Assembly: GCA_963841435.1 (NCBI GenBank)
Contig: CAWJCS010000006.1
Coordinates: 1,696,001 to 1,760,000, forward strand
Length of the DNA stretch: 64,000 bases
Source of the DNA: an uncultured delta proteobacterium
Lineage (GTDB): Bacteria > Myxococcota_A > Polyangia > Polyangiales > Polyangiaceae
Reading direction: 5' to 3'
The notes under the pieces were generated by a model. That model ran no database searches and was not told the DNA's origin. It saw nothing but the letters and a program-made list of their open reading frames with translations. Position numbers and translations under genes: made by a program. Shown one piece after another: positions 47,912 to 57,525 of this stretch. Each line of letters opens with the position of its first letter. Within the stretch, counting starts at the first letter, position 1.

Positions 47912-48831
47912 AAGAACACGCCCCGGCGCTGCGCGAGGCCACGCCGCAGAATGTCGGAAATGGCCTGCTTCACGAGGTAAACGTTCTCGGCGAGGGTTGC
48001 GGGATCTTCGGCATCCCCGCCGAAACGCATCGGTTCGCCGAACAGGAGGCGGTACTTGGTCGGCAGGGGCAGCACGCCACCGGGCACGGCAAGCTGCGGT
48101 ACCACCGGGAACACCGGCAGCTTGAGCGCCCGCGCCGCCCAGCCGAGCGTCCCCACGCTCACGTACTGCTCCTCCGCTCCGACGACGCCCACGGGCACGA
48201 TCGGCGTTCCCGTCGCGATCGCCAGGCGCATGAAGCCCGTGCCGAACGCCTTGAGCTGGTAGCGCTCACGAAACGGCTTGCTGATCCCACGGATGCCCTC
48301 CGGGAAGACCAGCAACGCTTCTTCCATTTCGAGCAACCGCCGCGCGTTCTCGGGCACGCCGACGACCTGGCCCATGCGGCTGAAGAACGTCGAGACGAAC
48401 GGCAGCGTGGCCGCCCATTTGTCAACCATCGCGCGCACGATACGCGGCGGGTTCGCGTCGAAGAACAACGCGCAGCCGATGATGGCCGCGTCGATGGGGA
48501 TCTGGCCCGAATGGTTGGCGACGAGCATGACGCGCCCCGGCGGGATGCGATCGATGTCGTACACGTCCGTGCGAAAGTAGCTGCGATGGAAGAACGCCGA
48601 GGCGAGCGCCGCCTGACGAACCGCGGCGGGGTCGAAGCCGAACGGGTCGCCGCCCAGCCGCTCGTAGCGGCGCGCGAGCGCGGCCAGCCGATCCTCGAAA
48701 TCGCTGCCGAGCAATCGCTCGGTGACCTGGTCGGCGGCGCGCTGCACGCGGCCCGCTACCCGGCGAAGCAGCGGGACGCCGCGTTCGACCGCAACGTCCG
48801 CCAGGCGGGCCAAGGTCGGCTTGGAGTCCAC
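47908..48831 (-). CDS. Lysophospholipid acyltransferase family protein
   Basis: NHSGQIPID (HxxxxxD) and FPEG motifs. Confidence 0.92.
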   Translation of the reverse strand: MDSKPTLARLADVAVERGVPLLRRVAGRVQRAADQVTERLLGSDFEDRLAALARRYERLGGDPFGFDPAAVRQAALASAFFHRSYFRTDVYDIDRIPPGRVMLVANHSGQIPIDAAIIGCALFFDANPPRIVRAMVDKWAATLPFVSTFFSRMGQVVGVPENARRLLEMEEALLVFPEGIRGISKPFRERYQLKAFGTGFMRLAIATGTPIVPVGVVGAEEQYVSVGTLGWAARALKLPVFPVVPQLAVPGGVLPLPTKYRLLFGEPMRFGGDAEDPATLAENVYLVKQAISDILRRGLAQRRGVFL

Positions 48832-48893
48832 GGCGAAGCTCTATCACAACGCTCGGGAGGGCCGCCCCGTGGTACGAAAACGGAGCGCACGCC

Positions 48894-49793
48894 ATGCTGA
48901 CGGGGATAGCTCCAATCGTCCCGCCGCCCCTCGGCAAGGGCGCGAGCGTCGCCGTCGTGGCGCCCTCGAGCCCGTTCGACCGGTCGCTCGTTCTGCGCGG
49001 CATGGCGTTCCTCGGGGAGCATTTCCGGGTGCAGTTCGACCGCGGCATGTTCGCGCGCGAAGGCTACCTCGCGGGCTCGGACGAGCGGCGTCTCGAGGAG
49101 CTGCAGCGCTGGCTCGACGACGCTTCGGTGGGCGCCGTGTTCTGCGCCCGCGGAGGCTACGGCCTCTTGCGCATCGCGCACCGCCTCGACTTCACGGGGC
49201 TCAGGCGGCGACCCAAGTGGCTCGTGGGTTTCTCCGACACGACGACACTCCACCTCGAGGCGCTCGGCGCCGGCGTCGCAACACTGCACGCCGACAACGT
49301 CGGCGCGCTCGGTCGTGCCAACGAGCGAGCACGGCTCGCCTTGCTCCGCGCGCTCGCCCGACCGACCGAGCAGCGCACGCTCGCGGGCCTCGAGTGTGCG
49401 GCGCCGGGAGTCGCAAGCGGGCCGCTCGTCGGCGGCAACCTGTCGCTGCTTGCCACGGCCGCCACCGCCGGGCGCCTCAGGCTCCCGTCAGGCGCGTTGC
49501 TCGCGCTCGAGGACGTGACCGAGCAGGCCTACCGCATCGACCGCATGCTCACCGCGCTCACGCTCGGCGGGCACCTCGACCGCGTTGCCGGCGTCGTGGC
49601 CGGAGACTTTACGGACTGTCCGGCGTCGAGCGGCATCGAGGCGGCGCACGTCGTTCGCGCCTGGCTGGCAACGCTGCGCGTGCCCGCCGCCTCGGGGTTG
49701 CTCTTCGGCCACGGACTCGTGAACGAGCCCCTGCCGTTCGGCGTGCCCGCGCGCCTCGACGCCGGCGCGGGCACGCTCACGCTCTGGCCCTAG
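48894..49793 (+). CDS. ldcA: LD-carboxypeptidase (peptidase S66)
   Basis: ARGGYG, GFSD, GGNLS, LEDV and FGHG motifs. Confidence 0.93.
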   Translation: MLTGIAPIVPPPLGKGASVAVVAPSSPFDRSLVLRGMAFLGEHFRVQFDRGMFAREGYLAGSDERRLEELQRWLDDASVGAVFCARGGYGLLRIAHRLDFTGLRRRPKWLVGFSDTTTLHLEALGAGVATLHADNVGALGRANERARLALLRALARPTEQRTLAGLECAAPGVASGPLVGGNLSLLATAATAGRLRLPSGALLALEDVTEQAYRIDRMLTALTLGGHLDRVAGVVAGDFTDCPASSGIEAAHVVRAWLATLRVPAASGLLFGHGLVNEPLPFGVPARLDAGAGTLTLWP

Positions 49794-49798
49794 CCCCG

Positions 49799-50545
49799 CT
49801 ACCTCGCGGCCCCGCCCGCCCACGCGATGGCCGCGTCGAGCTCGGCGTAGCCGTACTGCTTGAGCTCGGCCTGCACGAAGTGATCGGCAAGGTGGGGCAC
49901 CAGGCTCGCAAGCTTGGCATCCGTGACGAGGGCGATGCGCTTCACCTGACGCTGGTGGTCGCGGACGAAGCGCACGTGACGGATCAGACCCTGCAGATTC
50001 TCCCAGCCCGGGAAGTGGTGCGCATGCAGCACGATCCCGTTCAACGTTCCCTGCGCTTGGATCCACTGATCGGCCGTGGCGGCGAGGGCATCGAAATCTT
50101 GGGCACGAAGCGCTTCCTTGATCTCGACCACGATGACGCCCGTCTCGGGCAGGATCTGGTGCGAGACTCCGGCCTGCTCCGGCAAGGCGCGCAGGTACTC
50201 GACCGCCTTCTTAAGCTCGCTCGCCCCGAAAACGCGCACGGGGCACGGCAACCAGAAGCCGACGAATTTGGCCGACTCGCGCACCCAGGCGATGTCGCTC
50301 ACGATCGCGCAGCCGGCGAGAAGTCGGAGGGCGCCAACGCCGAAGCGCGCGTCTTCCCAGGCAGCCCCGGGCGCATAGCCTTCGAAATCGGAGCCGAGCT
50401 CGTAGAGAAAGCGCACCTTCTCTCCTTTCTTGCGCGCCTCATCGAAGAGCGGCTCGAGGACTCGTTCGTAGTCCTCTTTCGTCACTCGACCGACCGCCTT
50501 CACCCCGTCGATACCCGACGGAAGATTCGCCAGTTTTTCGAGCAT
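49799..50545 (-). CDS. Tandem STAS/SEC14 (SpoIIAA-like) domain protein
   Basis: Two similar modules (GRVTKEDY / EALRAQDF; CAIVSD / IALVTD); AGGAGG RBS. Confidence 0.85.
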   Translation of the reverse strand: MLEKLANLPSGIDGVKAVGRVTKEDYERVLEPLFDEARKKGEKVRFLYELGSDFEGYAPGAAWEDARFGVGALRLLAGCAIVSDIAWVRESAKFVGFWLPCPVRVFGASELKKAVEYLRALPEQAGVSHQILPETGVIVVEIKEALRAQDFDALAATADQWIQAQGTLNGIVLHAHHFPGWENLQGLIRHVRFVRDHQRQVKRIALVTDAKLASLVPHLADHFVQAELKQYGYAELDAAIAWAGGAAR

Positions 50546-50608
50546 CGGAACCTCCTTTCCGCTCCCGCGCCGACCGACGACGGAAGGAGCGTCACACCCG
50601 GTCTAGTC

Positions 50609-50623
50609 GCAAGCTTCGTGCCG
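50609..50623 (-). promoter_or_regulatory. Sigma54 (-24/-12) promoter of the STAS/SEC14 gene
   Basis: CGGCAC-GAAGC-TTGC on the minus strand with exact consensus spacing, 64 nt upstream of the start codon. Confidence 0.7.
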
Positions 50624-50805
50624 ACTCGGTTCCCCGGCCATGGCTGGCCCCCGCGGGGGCAACCTTGCGCGAGCGGCCCCATGACGCGCACGACTTGCCG
50701 GCGGGTGTGCCCCCGCCGCCGCGCTCATCCGCCACGCCGTGGCACGATGGCGCGATCCGTCGCCCCAAGAAGGCAAGCGACGGGGGCGCCGGAGCGCCCC
50801 GCCAC

Positions 50806-53800
50806 TCAGACCTTGCTGTCCTCGAAGAGCTCTTCGTCGCTCACGTCCTCACCGTCGTCGTCGTCGTCGTCGAGCAGGGAATCGAGCGCTGACGCCGCCA
50901 TGGCGGGCGACGGTGGCCTCGAGGGCGGCGGTGGGGGCGGCAGGCGCTGAGCAGCACCGGGCGGCGGTAGCGGCCGGGCGGAGGGCGTGGGCGGGGGGCG
51001 ACTGCCGCGTGGCGGCGGAGGCGGCGGCGGACGGCTCACGCCGCTACCGGGCACCGGCGGCGGCGGACGGCTCATGCCAGCCGACGGTGGCGGAGGCGGC
51101 GCAACGCGGGGCCTCGCCGCGTCGCCCACGGGCGGCGGAGGCGGCGAGCCCGTCCCGGTCGGAGCCAGAGGAGGCGGCGGCACCGGCTCGGGCGCCGGCG
51201 CTTCGGAAGCCAGCCCCTCGGGGCGGCGCGTCGCGAGATCGTCGTCGGAAAGTGGCGAGCCGCCGAGGAGCTCGTCGATGCCATCGGAGGCCGGCGGGGC
51301 GGGCTCTGGTATCGCGGCCGCTGCGGCTGGCAGCGGCTCCACCTCGCTCACCGCGGGAGCCGGAGCGGAAGCGTCCTCCGGGGCAGGAGGCGCCTCCTTG
51401 AGCTCCTTGAGCTCCTTGGGCTCCTTCGCCTCCTTGGCTTCCTTGTCCTTGTCCTTCTTCTTCTTCTTCTTGGTGTCCTTGGCCTCGGGCTCCGGCTTGG
51501 GGGCGGGGGGCTCGGCGTCACCCCCGACTTCGGACAGGGGCTCGTCCTTGGGCTTCCTGAGCATGCCCGCCTTGGCACGATCGAGGCCCTCGGTAGCCTC
51601 CGGATCACCCTGCTTCATGCGAAGGACGCGGCGCCAGGCGTCGGCCGCCTCACGTGGATCGTCGAGACGCTCCTCCCAAAGCCGCGCCACCTTGCGCGCG
51701 AGCTCGGCGCGCGCGGCCGGGTCCTTGCCGCGCAGGATCTGGTCTTCGTAGAGCTGGACCATGCCTCGCCAGTCCGAAAGCTCCGTGAACAGACCGAGCA
51801 GCTGATCGACGATGTCGGTGTCCGAGGGAGAGAGGTCGTGCAGGCGCCGGAGGTCGGTCGCGGCACCCTGCGGATCGTCGAGCTGGTCGCGCCGAATCGA
51901 GGCACGCCGCGCGAGCAGCTTGCGCACGAGCGGCCCATCGAACACTTCCTCGAGCGCGCGGCTCAAGACGTGCTCCGCGCGTTTCGGGTCACCGACCTCC
52001 TGCGCGAAGAGCTCGAGCTGCTCGAGCCGCTCGTCCTCGACATGGGCGATGATCGCGTCCCCGATCCAAACGAACGCTTGCTCGCGGTCGCCCAGATCTT
52101 CGAAGGCGAGCCGCGCGGCGCGCCCCAACATGGCGCTGCGCGTCCGACCGCCGTCCCGCGCTCCCTGCCCCCCCGCGGCGAGCGATTCGGCGAGGGTCCG
52201 GCGCAGGCGATCGGTGTCCTTGTCGGCGTCGCTCGTGCGAGCCGCCGTTTCGAGCGACTCGATGGCGTCCTCCTGGACTCCGCTGCCGAGGACGATGTCG
52301 AAGAACCCGCGCGCGCGCTCGAAGTCGCCGTGCTCTGCCGCCACGCGCGCCGCGCGCGCGAGCGCCAAGAGCTTGTCCTGCGGGTTCTTGCAGCGCGTCA
52401 CCTGGCGTTCGTAAATTTCGATGATGCGCGCGGGATCCGTGCAGAGCTGGGCCAGCCGGACCAAGAGCGGCTCCACCTCGGCCGGAGGCACGCTCGTGAG
52501 CGCCTGCTCGCCGTGCTGGATGCTGGTCTCGCCATCGACGCCGCAGTCGACGAGCACCTCGGCCTGACGCACGAACTCCTCGGCACGCGCCGGACCCGTG
52601 AGGTCCTGCACGAGCAGATCGTGCGAGACGGCGAGCACGTCGAGATCCGTGAGCTCCACGGCGAGCTTCTCGAGCCGCTTGGCGAACTCGGGGTCCGTGC
52701 CCTTGGCTCGGGCGACTTCCTTGCCCACGGCGGCGGCATCCTGCTTGCGCTCGACCTCGAGGAAGCGATCGAACGCCCCACGCAGCGCCTCGGTGCGCGT
52801 CGGGCCCGACGGCGAGGCGAGGTTCCACTCGACGAGCTTCACGGCGACGACGCCCTTCCAGCCGAGCTCGTCGCCGAGCCGCACGTACTCCTCACGGCAG
52901 GGCTCGTCGCCGCGGTCGGCCACTTCGAGCAGCGCGGCGAGCGCCTCGTCTCCCTTGCCCACCTTTTCGTGGAGGATCTCGGCGCGGCGCCGCGTCATGC
53001 GGCTGACTTCTTCCTCGTCGCCTTCGACCTCCATGAGCTCCTCGAGGTGCTCCGCCACGCGCGGCCAGTCCTCGATGCGCTCGCAAAGCTCGGCGAGGCG
53101 CTGAATGGCGCCGAAATCCTCCGCGTCGAGCCCGCGCACGACGTCGAGCACGCGAACCGCCGCCTTCGGGTCGTCGAGCGGCCCCTCGTACAGATCGGCG
53201 AGCTTGTTCGCGACCTCGAGCTTGACCTCGTCGTTCGTCGTGGCCTTGAGGCGACGCTCGAGCACCGACGCCGCCGAACCGTGGTCGTCCGTTCCCTGGT
53301 AAAGCTCCGCGACCTTTTCGAGGGCCTCGTCGTGCGTGGGATCGAGGTCCTCGAGGATGCGCTCGTAGCGCGCGATGGCGTCCTCGGGATTCGAGAGCGC
53401 GCCGGCGTAGAGCGCCGCTTCGCGGAGCAGCACGGCGACCTTCTGTGCGGGCTCCGTCGCGGCCTTCGCGAGTCGATCGAGGAACTCCGCAGCCGCGGCC
53501 GCGTCGTCACGTTGTTCGGCGTCGTCGGCGAGCCAGCCGAGCGCGTCGAGATCCTCGCCATCCTCGAGTAGCGCGAGCAGCGTCTCGCGGGCGGCATCGC
53601 CGTCGCCCATTCGGTCGCGCTGCATGTCCGCCGCGCGCCGCCTGAGACCCGAGCGCACGGGGCCTCCGGGCAGCTGCTCGGCGCGCCGCAAGAGGAACGC
53701 GACGAGATCGCCGAGACGATTTGCTTCCTCGAGTCGATCCTCGAGCTCGTCGGCGAGCTCGTCGTCGACCGGGTCGAGCTCGGTCGCCTGCTCGAGACGC

Positions 53801-55926
53801 TCGATCGCGCCCGCCTCGTCGCCCGAACGAGTGAGGTAGTCGGCCTCGAGCGCGTAGAGCTTGGCCTTGTCGCGGGGGGCATCGGCGAGCTCGGCGCGCT
53901 CGTCCGCCGCGGAAGCGGCTTGGTCCCAGGCTTCCGCCGTCGCGAACGCGCGTTCGGCCTTGTGCCACACGGCCGCGCTCTTGGTCACGGCCGCCGATTC
54001 GGCGAAGGCGTCACCGGCCGCCTGCGGGTCGCCCGCCGCAAGGCGCAGCTCACCGAGCTTGTCGAGCAACCGAGCCCGAACCTCGTCGTCCGCGACGCTC
54101 GGCAACGACTCGGAGATGGCCTGGGCAGCGCGATCCTGTCGTCCGCCCTTTTCGAACAGCTCGACGGCGGTATCCAGCGCGGACTCGTCCTCGGGCACGA
54201 GCGAGGCGATGCGCGTCCACGCCTCGCCGGCGCCAACCGGATCCTTTCTCTTTTGTTCGTGGACGCGAGCAATGGCCTTTTCGGCCGTGATGCGCGCTTC
54301 CACGTCATCGATGAGCTCGGCTTCTTGTTCGAGCACGCGTGCGAGATCGTCCCAGCGCCCGGCGCGCTCGAGCAAGCGCTTCAGGCTGGAACGCGCATCC
54401 TCGCTCTCGGGATCGATCGCAAGCAGCTCCTCGTAAGCGGCGACGGCGCCATTCGGATCGCGAAGCTGCGTCTCCGAAAGCCCGGCCGCTTCCCGCAGCC
54501 AGGTGATGCGCTGCTCGACGTCGATGCCGTCGTCGGCGGCGGCACGCCGCAGGACGTCACGCAGCTCGCCGAACTTGCGCAGCTGCTTCAGGTACGGCTC
54601 CAGGAAGCCGATGGCGTCGAGGTTGGCGGGCTCGATGTTGAGGACCTCGCGGTAGCGCTGGGCGGCGTCGTTCTTGCGCGCTTTGCGGGCCAGGGCGTGC
54701 GCCTGTTCGATGAGCGCCGCCACTTCGTCGGCGCTTTCGGCGCTCGGCGCCGACGTCAGGGGCGCGCCCGCCATGGGAGCACCCGACGGGCTCGCCGCCG
54801 GCCCGCTCCCCGTCGTGCGCCGACCGGTCGTCGACGGGCTACGCTGCGGCCGCGCGGGCGGCGCGCCGGGGATGGGCTGGGCGAAACGCTGCGCGAGGTC
54901 CCGAGCCTCGTCGGCAAGCGGGCCACCCGGATTGGCGCCGACATAGCCGGCCGCGCGTGCCGCTGCCTCTTCGGAGCGGCCGAGCTCGTTTGCGTAGTAC
55001 ATCGCAAGCTGCACGGCACGGTCGCTAGCCGGCTCGAGCTCGAGCGCGCAGAGCGAGTAGCTGAGCCCGTGCTCGCCTGGAAACTCCTCGGCGAGCGAGA
55101 CGAAGAGCTGCGCGCCTTCCGTCGCCTCCGCGGCCCCGACACGTTGACCCGACTGCTCCCATTCGAGGATCACCGTGCCGAGCAGCTGGCGGAGGCTCGC
55201 GTCGGCACCGCCTTCGAGCGCGCGCGCCTCACGCAGCGCCTGGGCCGCGCCTGCAAAATCACGCGCGCTTCGGCGGACTTCGCCTTCGTCCTGCTTGAGC
55301 GAGATGCGCCGGTCTCGATCCTCGACGAGCGCGAGCTCCATTTCGAAGTAGGGAATCGCTTCCGCCCACTGGCCCTGCCCCTTCAAGAGCTCGCGCAAGG
55401 AATAAATCGCGAACTGATTCCGCGGATCAAGCTCGACGGCACGGCGGTAATTCTCGACGGCCTTCTTCGGCTGCAGGAGTGGCTCGCCCGACCACAGGCG
55501 CCCGAGCTCCTCGTGGATGGCGCCAAGCTGCTGCGCCACCGCGAGATCCTGCGGGGCGATTGGCGAAAGCGCCTTGGCCCGACGCTCGAGCAGCGCGACG
55601 AGGGCCTTGGTATCGCCCTTCTCGCGATAGAGATCTGCCAGGCGCTCGGCGGGGTTCTGCTGCGTGGGGTCGCGGTCGATGGCGATCATCAGCGCCCGCG
55701 CGGCGCGATGGGCGTCACCGAGCGTGACGGACCAGACGTTGGCGGCCTCGGTGAGCCAATGGCACGCGAACGCGGGATCCGCCGTGGCCGTCCCCACCTT
55801 CTCGAGCAGCATTGCATACGATTTTGGGTCGCGCTGACCCGCCGCGTGCGCCAGCCGGATCGCGTCCTGGTCGTGTGGGTTCGTGACCAGACGCTGAACC
55901 AGCGTCTCCATCTCCCTGGAGTCCAT
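50806..55926 (-). CDS. Giant TPR-repeat protein with Lys/Pro/acidic disordered tail
   Basis: 1706 aa of TPR-like repeats, typical of myxobacterial large TPR proteins. Confidence 0.9.
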   Translation of the reverse strand: MDSREMETLVQRLVTNPHDQDAIRLAHAAGQRDPKSYAMLLEKVGTATADPAFACHWLTEAANVWSVTLGDAHRAARALMIAIDRDPTQQNPAERLADLYREKGDTKALVALLERRAKALSPIAPQDLAVAQQLGAIHEELGRLWSGEPLLQPKKAVENYRRAVELDPRNQFAIYSLRELLKGQGQWAEAIPYFEMELALVEDRDRRISLKQDEGEVRRSARDFAGAAQALREARALEGGADASLRQLLGTVILEWEQSGQRVGAAEATEGAQLFVSLAEEFPGEHGLSYSLCALELEPASDRAVQLAMYYANELGRSEEAAARAAGYVGANPGGPLADEARDLAQRFAQPIPGAPPARPQRSPSTTGRRTTGSGPAASPSGAPMAGAPLTSAPSAESADEVAALIEQAHALARKARKNDAAQRYREVLNIEPANLDAIGFLEPYLKQLRKFGELRDVLRRAAADDGIDVEQRITWLREAAGLSETQLRDPNGAVAAYEELLAIDPESEDARSSLKRLLERAGRWDDLARVLEQEAELIDDVEARITAEKAIARVHEQKRKDPVGAGEAWTRIASLVPEDESALDTAVELFEKGGRQDRAAQAISESLPSVADDEVRARLLDKLGELRLAAGDPQAAGDAFAESAAVTKSAAVWHKAERAFATAEAWDQAASAADERAELADAPRDKAKLYALEADYLTRSGDEAGAIERLEQATELDPVDDELADELEDRLEEANRLGDLVAFLLRRAEQLPGGPVRSGLRRRAADMQRDRMGDGDAARETLLALLEDGEDLDALGWLADDAEQRDDAAAAAEFLDRLAKAATEPAQKVAVLLREAALYAGALSNPEDAIARYERILEDLDPTHDEALEKVAELYQGTDDHGSAASVLERRLKATTNDEVKLEVANKLADLYEGPLDDPKAAVRVLDVVRGLDAEDFGAIQRLAELCERIEDWPRVAEHLEELMEVEGDEEEVSRMTRRRAEILHEKVGKGDEALAALLEVADRGDEPCREEYVRLGDELGWKGVVAVKLVEWNLASPSGPTRTEALRGAFDRFLEVERKQDAAAVGKEVARAKGTDPEFAKRLEKLAVELTDLDVLAVSHDLLVQDLTGPARAEEFVRQAEVLVDCGVDGETSIQHGEQALTSVPPAEVEPLLVRLAQLCTDPARIIEIYERQVTRCKNPQDKLLALARAARVAAEHGDFERARGFFDIVLGSGVQEDAIESLETAARTSDADKDTDRLRRTLAESLAAGGQGARDGGRTRSAMLGRAARLAFEDLGDREQAFVWIGDAIIAHVEDERLEQLELFAQEVGDPKRAEHVLSRALEEVFDGPLVRKLLARRASIRRDQLDDPQGAATDLRRLHDLSPSDTDIVDQLLGLFTELSDWRGMVQLYEDQILRGKDPAARAELARKVARLWEERLDDPREAADAWRRVLRMKQGDPEATEGLDRAKAGMLRKPKDEPLSEVGGDAEPPAPKPEPEAKDTKKKKKKDKDKEAKEAKEPKELKELKEAPPAPEDASAPAPAVSEVEPLPAAAAAIPEPAPPASDGIDELLGGSPLSDDDLATRRPEGLASEAPAPEPVPPPPLAPTGTGSPPPPPVGDAARPRVAPPPPPSAGMSRPPPPVPGSGVSRPPPPPPPRGSRPPPTPSARPLPPPGAAQRLPPPPPPSRPPSPAMAASALDSLLDDDDDDGEDVSDEELFEDSKV

Positions 55927-56015
55927 CGTAGGGCGACGCTAACACGCGCACTTCCGCACCCGCAACGCACCGAGACCCCGCAATTTTCCGACGGCAGCAG
56001 AGTCGTCGCGCCGCC

Positions 56016-57089
56016 CTACGACGCGAGCGCCCGGGCGGCCCGAAGCGCGGATCGGAGCGCTGCGTCAATCCCCGCTCCGTGAAAGGCCGAGCCCGCCAGC
56101 AACACGCGGCGGCCGGCGAGCTCCGCCTCAATCGATGCCACGAGCGCTGTGTGGTGCTCGTCGTGAACGGGAAGTGCACGGACCCAGCGTGCCACCCACG
56201 TACGCAACGGCTGCGCCCGGATCCCGAGCACTCGCTCGATTGCGACGCGCGCCCGCTCCGACCAGGCCGCGTCGTCGAGTGCCTCGAGATCGGCTTCGCT
56301 CGGTCGGAAGAAGAGCCGCAGGAGCGCGGCGTCGTCCGGCGAGCGCGCGGGCAGCTTCGATGACGTGAACGTGCAGGCACGCAGGCCGTCGCGCTGCGCT
56401 CGCTCCGCGACGACGAAGCCCGTCGCGTCGAGGTCGTGGGGCACATCCGACGCCCCAAACGCGAGAGAGACGGTGACGCTCGACAGCGTCGCTGCCGAAC
56501 CGAGTGCTCGCGCCGAAGGCGCGAGCGACGCGAGGATGGGCGCTGCGGCGCGCGCCCCTGTCGCCACGACGACCGCGTCGAACGGCTCCGACGGCCCCTC
56601 GGCGAGCTCGACCGACAGCCCCGAGCTCGCGGGCACCACGCGTTCGACCGCCGCGCCGAGGTGCAGCCCGACCTCGGCCGGCATCTCGGCGACGAGCGCG
56701 TCGGCGAGCCGCCCCATGCCCGGGCGCAGCGAGCGAATGCCGCGACCGAGCTCACCCGGTGGCACCTGAAAGCCCAGGAAGCGGGCCGCTTCGCCCGGCG
56801 CGAGCGCGACGAGTCGCTCACCGTCGAAGCCCAGCGAGCGCTCGAGCCGCTGCGCAACAATCTCGTCGCTCACGCCGACCTCGGCCGCGAGCTCGGGGAC
56901 GGATGCACTCGACGCCACGTATCCTTCGGCGCCTTGCTCGACGACGAAACCGCCCTCACGAATCGTGTGAAGCTGCCCCCCGGCCCGCGCGTCGGCCTCG
57001 AAGATCGACACGCGGTCCCCCGCCCTGCCGCGACGCAAGGCCACGGCAAGGCCGGTGAGCCCGGCGCCAATCACCGCGAGCCGACGCAC
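56016..57089 (-). CDS. Protoporphyrinogen/coproporphyrinogen oxidase-like FAD oxidoreductase (short form)
   Basis: VIGAGLTGL, RAGG, VEQGAEG, CTFTSSKLPARSP and LAGSAFHGAGI motifs. Confidence 0.8.
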   Translation of the reverse strand: MRRLAVIGAGLTGLAVALRRGRAGDRVSIFEADARAGGQLHTIREGGFVVEQGAEGYVASSASVPELAAEVGVSDEIVAQRLERSLGFDGERLVALAPGEAARFLGFQVPPGELGRGIRSLRPGMGRLADALVAEMPAEVGLHLGAAVERVVPASSGLSVELAEGPSEPFDAVVVATGARAAAPILASLAPSARALGSAATLSSVTVSLAFGASDVPHDLDATGFVVAERAQRDGLRACTFTSSKLPARSPDDAALLRLFFRPSEADLEALDDAAWSERARVAIERVLGIRAQPLRTWVARWVRALPVHDEHHTALVASIEAELAGRRVLLAGSAFHGAGIDAALRSALRAARALAS

Positions 57090-57152
57090 GACGTGCTTTT
57101 TCTACCACGTGGCCGGTGAGCCACTCCGCCCGGCTCCGCCCACCGAGGCAAA

Positions 57153-57524
57153 ATGCTGGATTTGTGGGGCCCGTTCGTGCGGTTGAGCCTTCTCGTCGTG
57201 CTCTTTACCGGGTGCGGCGGCAGGTCGGTTTCGACCGACACGAAGACCGACGAGCTCGAGCACTGCGACCGCCTCTGCGGCGAAGTGCGCGCGTGCAACG
57301 GCTTCAGCGACGAATGCGTCAACGACTGCGGCGAGCTCGTCACCGACGCCGACGCCGCAGGTTGCGCGGGGGCGCTCGATGCGTTCCTCGGCTGCGCCGA
57401 GAGCGCACCCGACGTCTGCAACCCGAGCCGATCCTGCGAACGGAGCGCCAATGCCTACGCCGCGTGCATCACGGATTTTTGCTACGTAAACCAGGCCTCC
57501 AAGGCCTGCAGCGGCTCGTTCTGA
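57153..57524 (+). CDS. Small Cys-rich lipoprotein
   Basis: FTGC lipobox and multiple CxxxC motifs. Confidence 0.75.
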   Translation: MLDLWGPFVRLSLLVVLFTGCGGRSVSTDTKTDELEHCDRLCGEVRACNGFSDECVNDCGELVTDADAAGCAGALDAFLGCAESAPDVCNPSRSCERSANAYAACITDFCYVNQASKACSGSF

Positions 57525-57525
57525 G

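Noticed and set aside
45554-56082. Long antisense or alternate-frame ORFs (for example 45554..47980, 48722..50950, 51838..53571, 53920..56082)
   Set aside because: Shadow ORFs expected at about 70% GC. They overlap well-supported genes and have no recognisable motifs.
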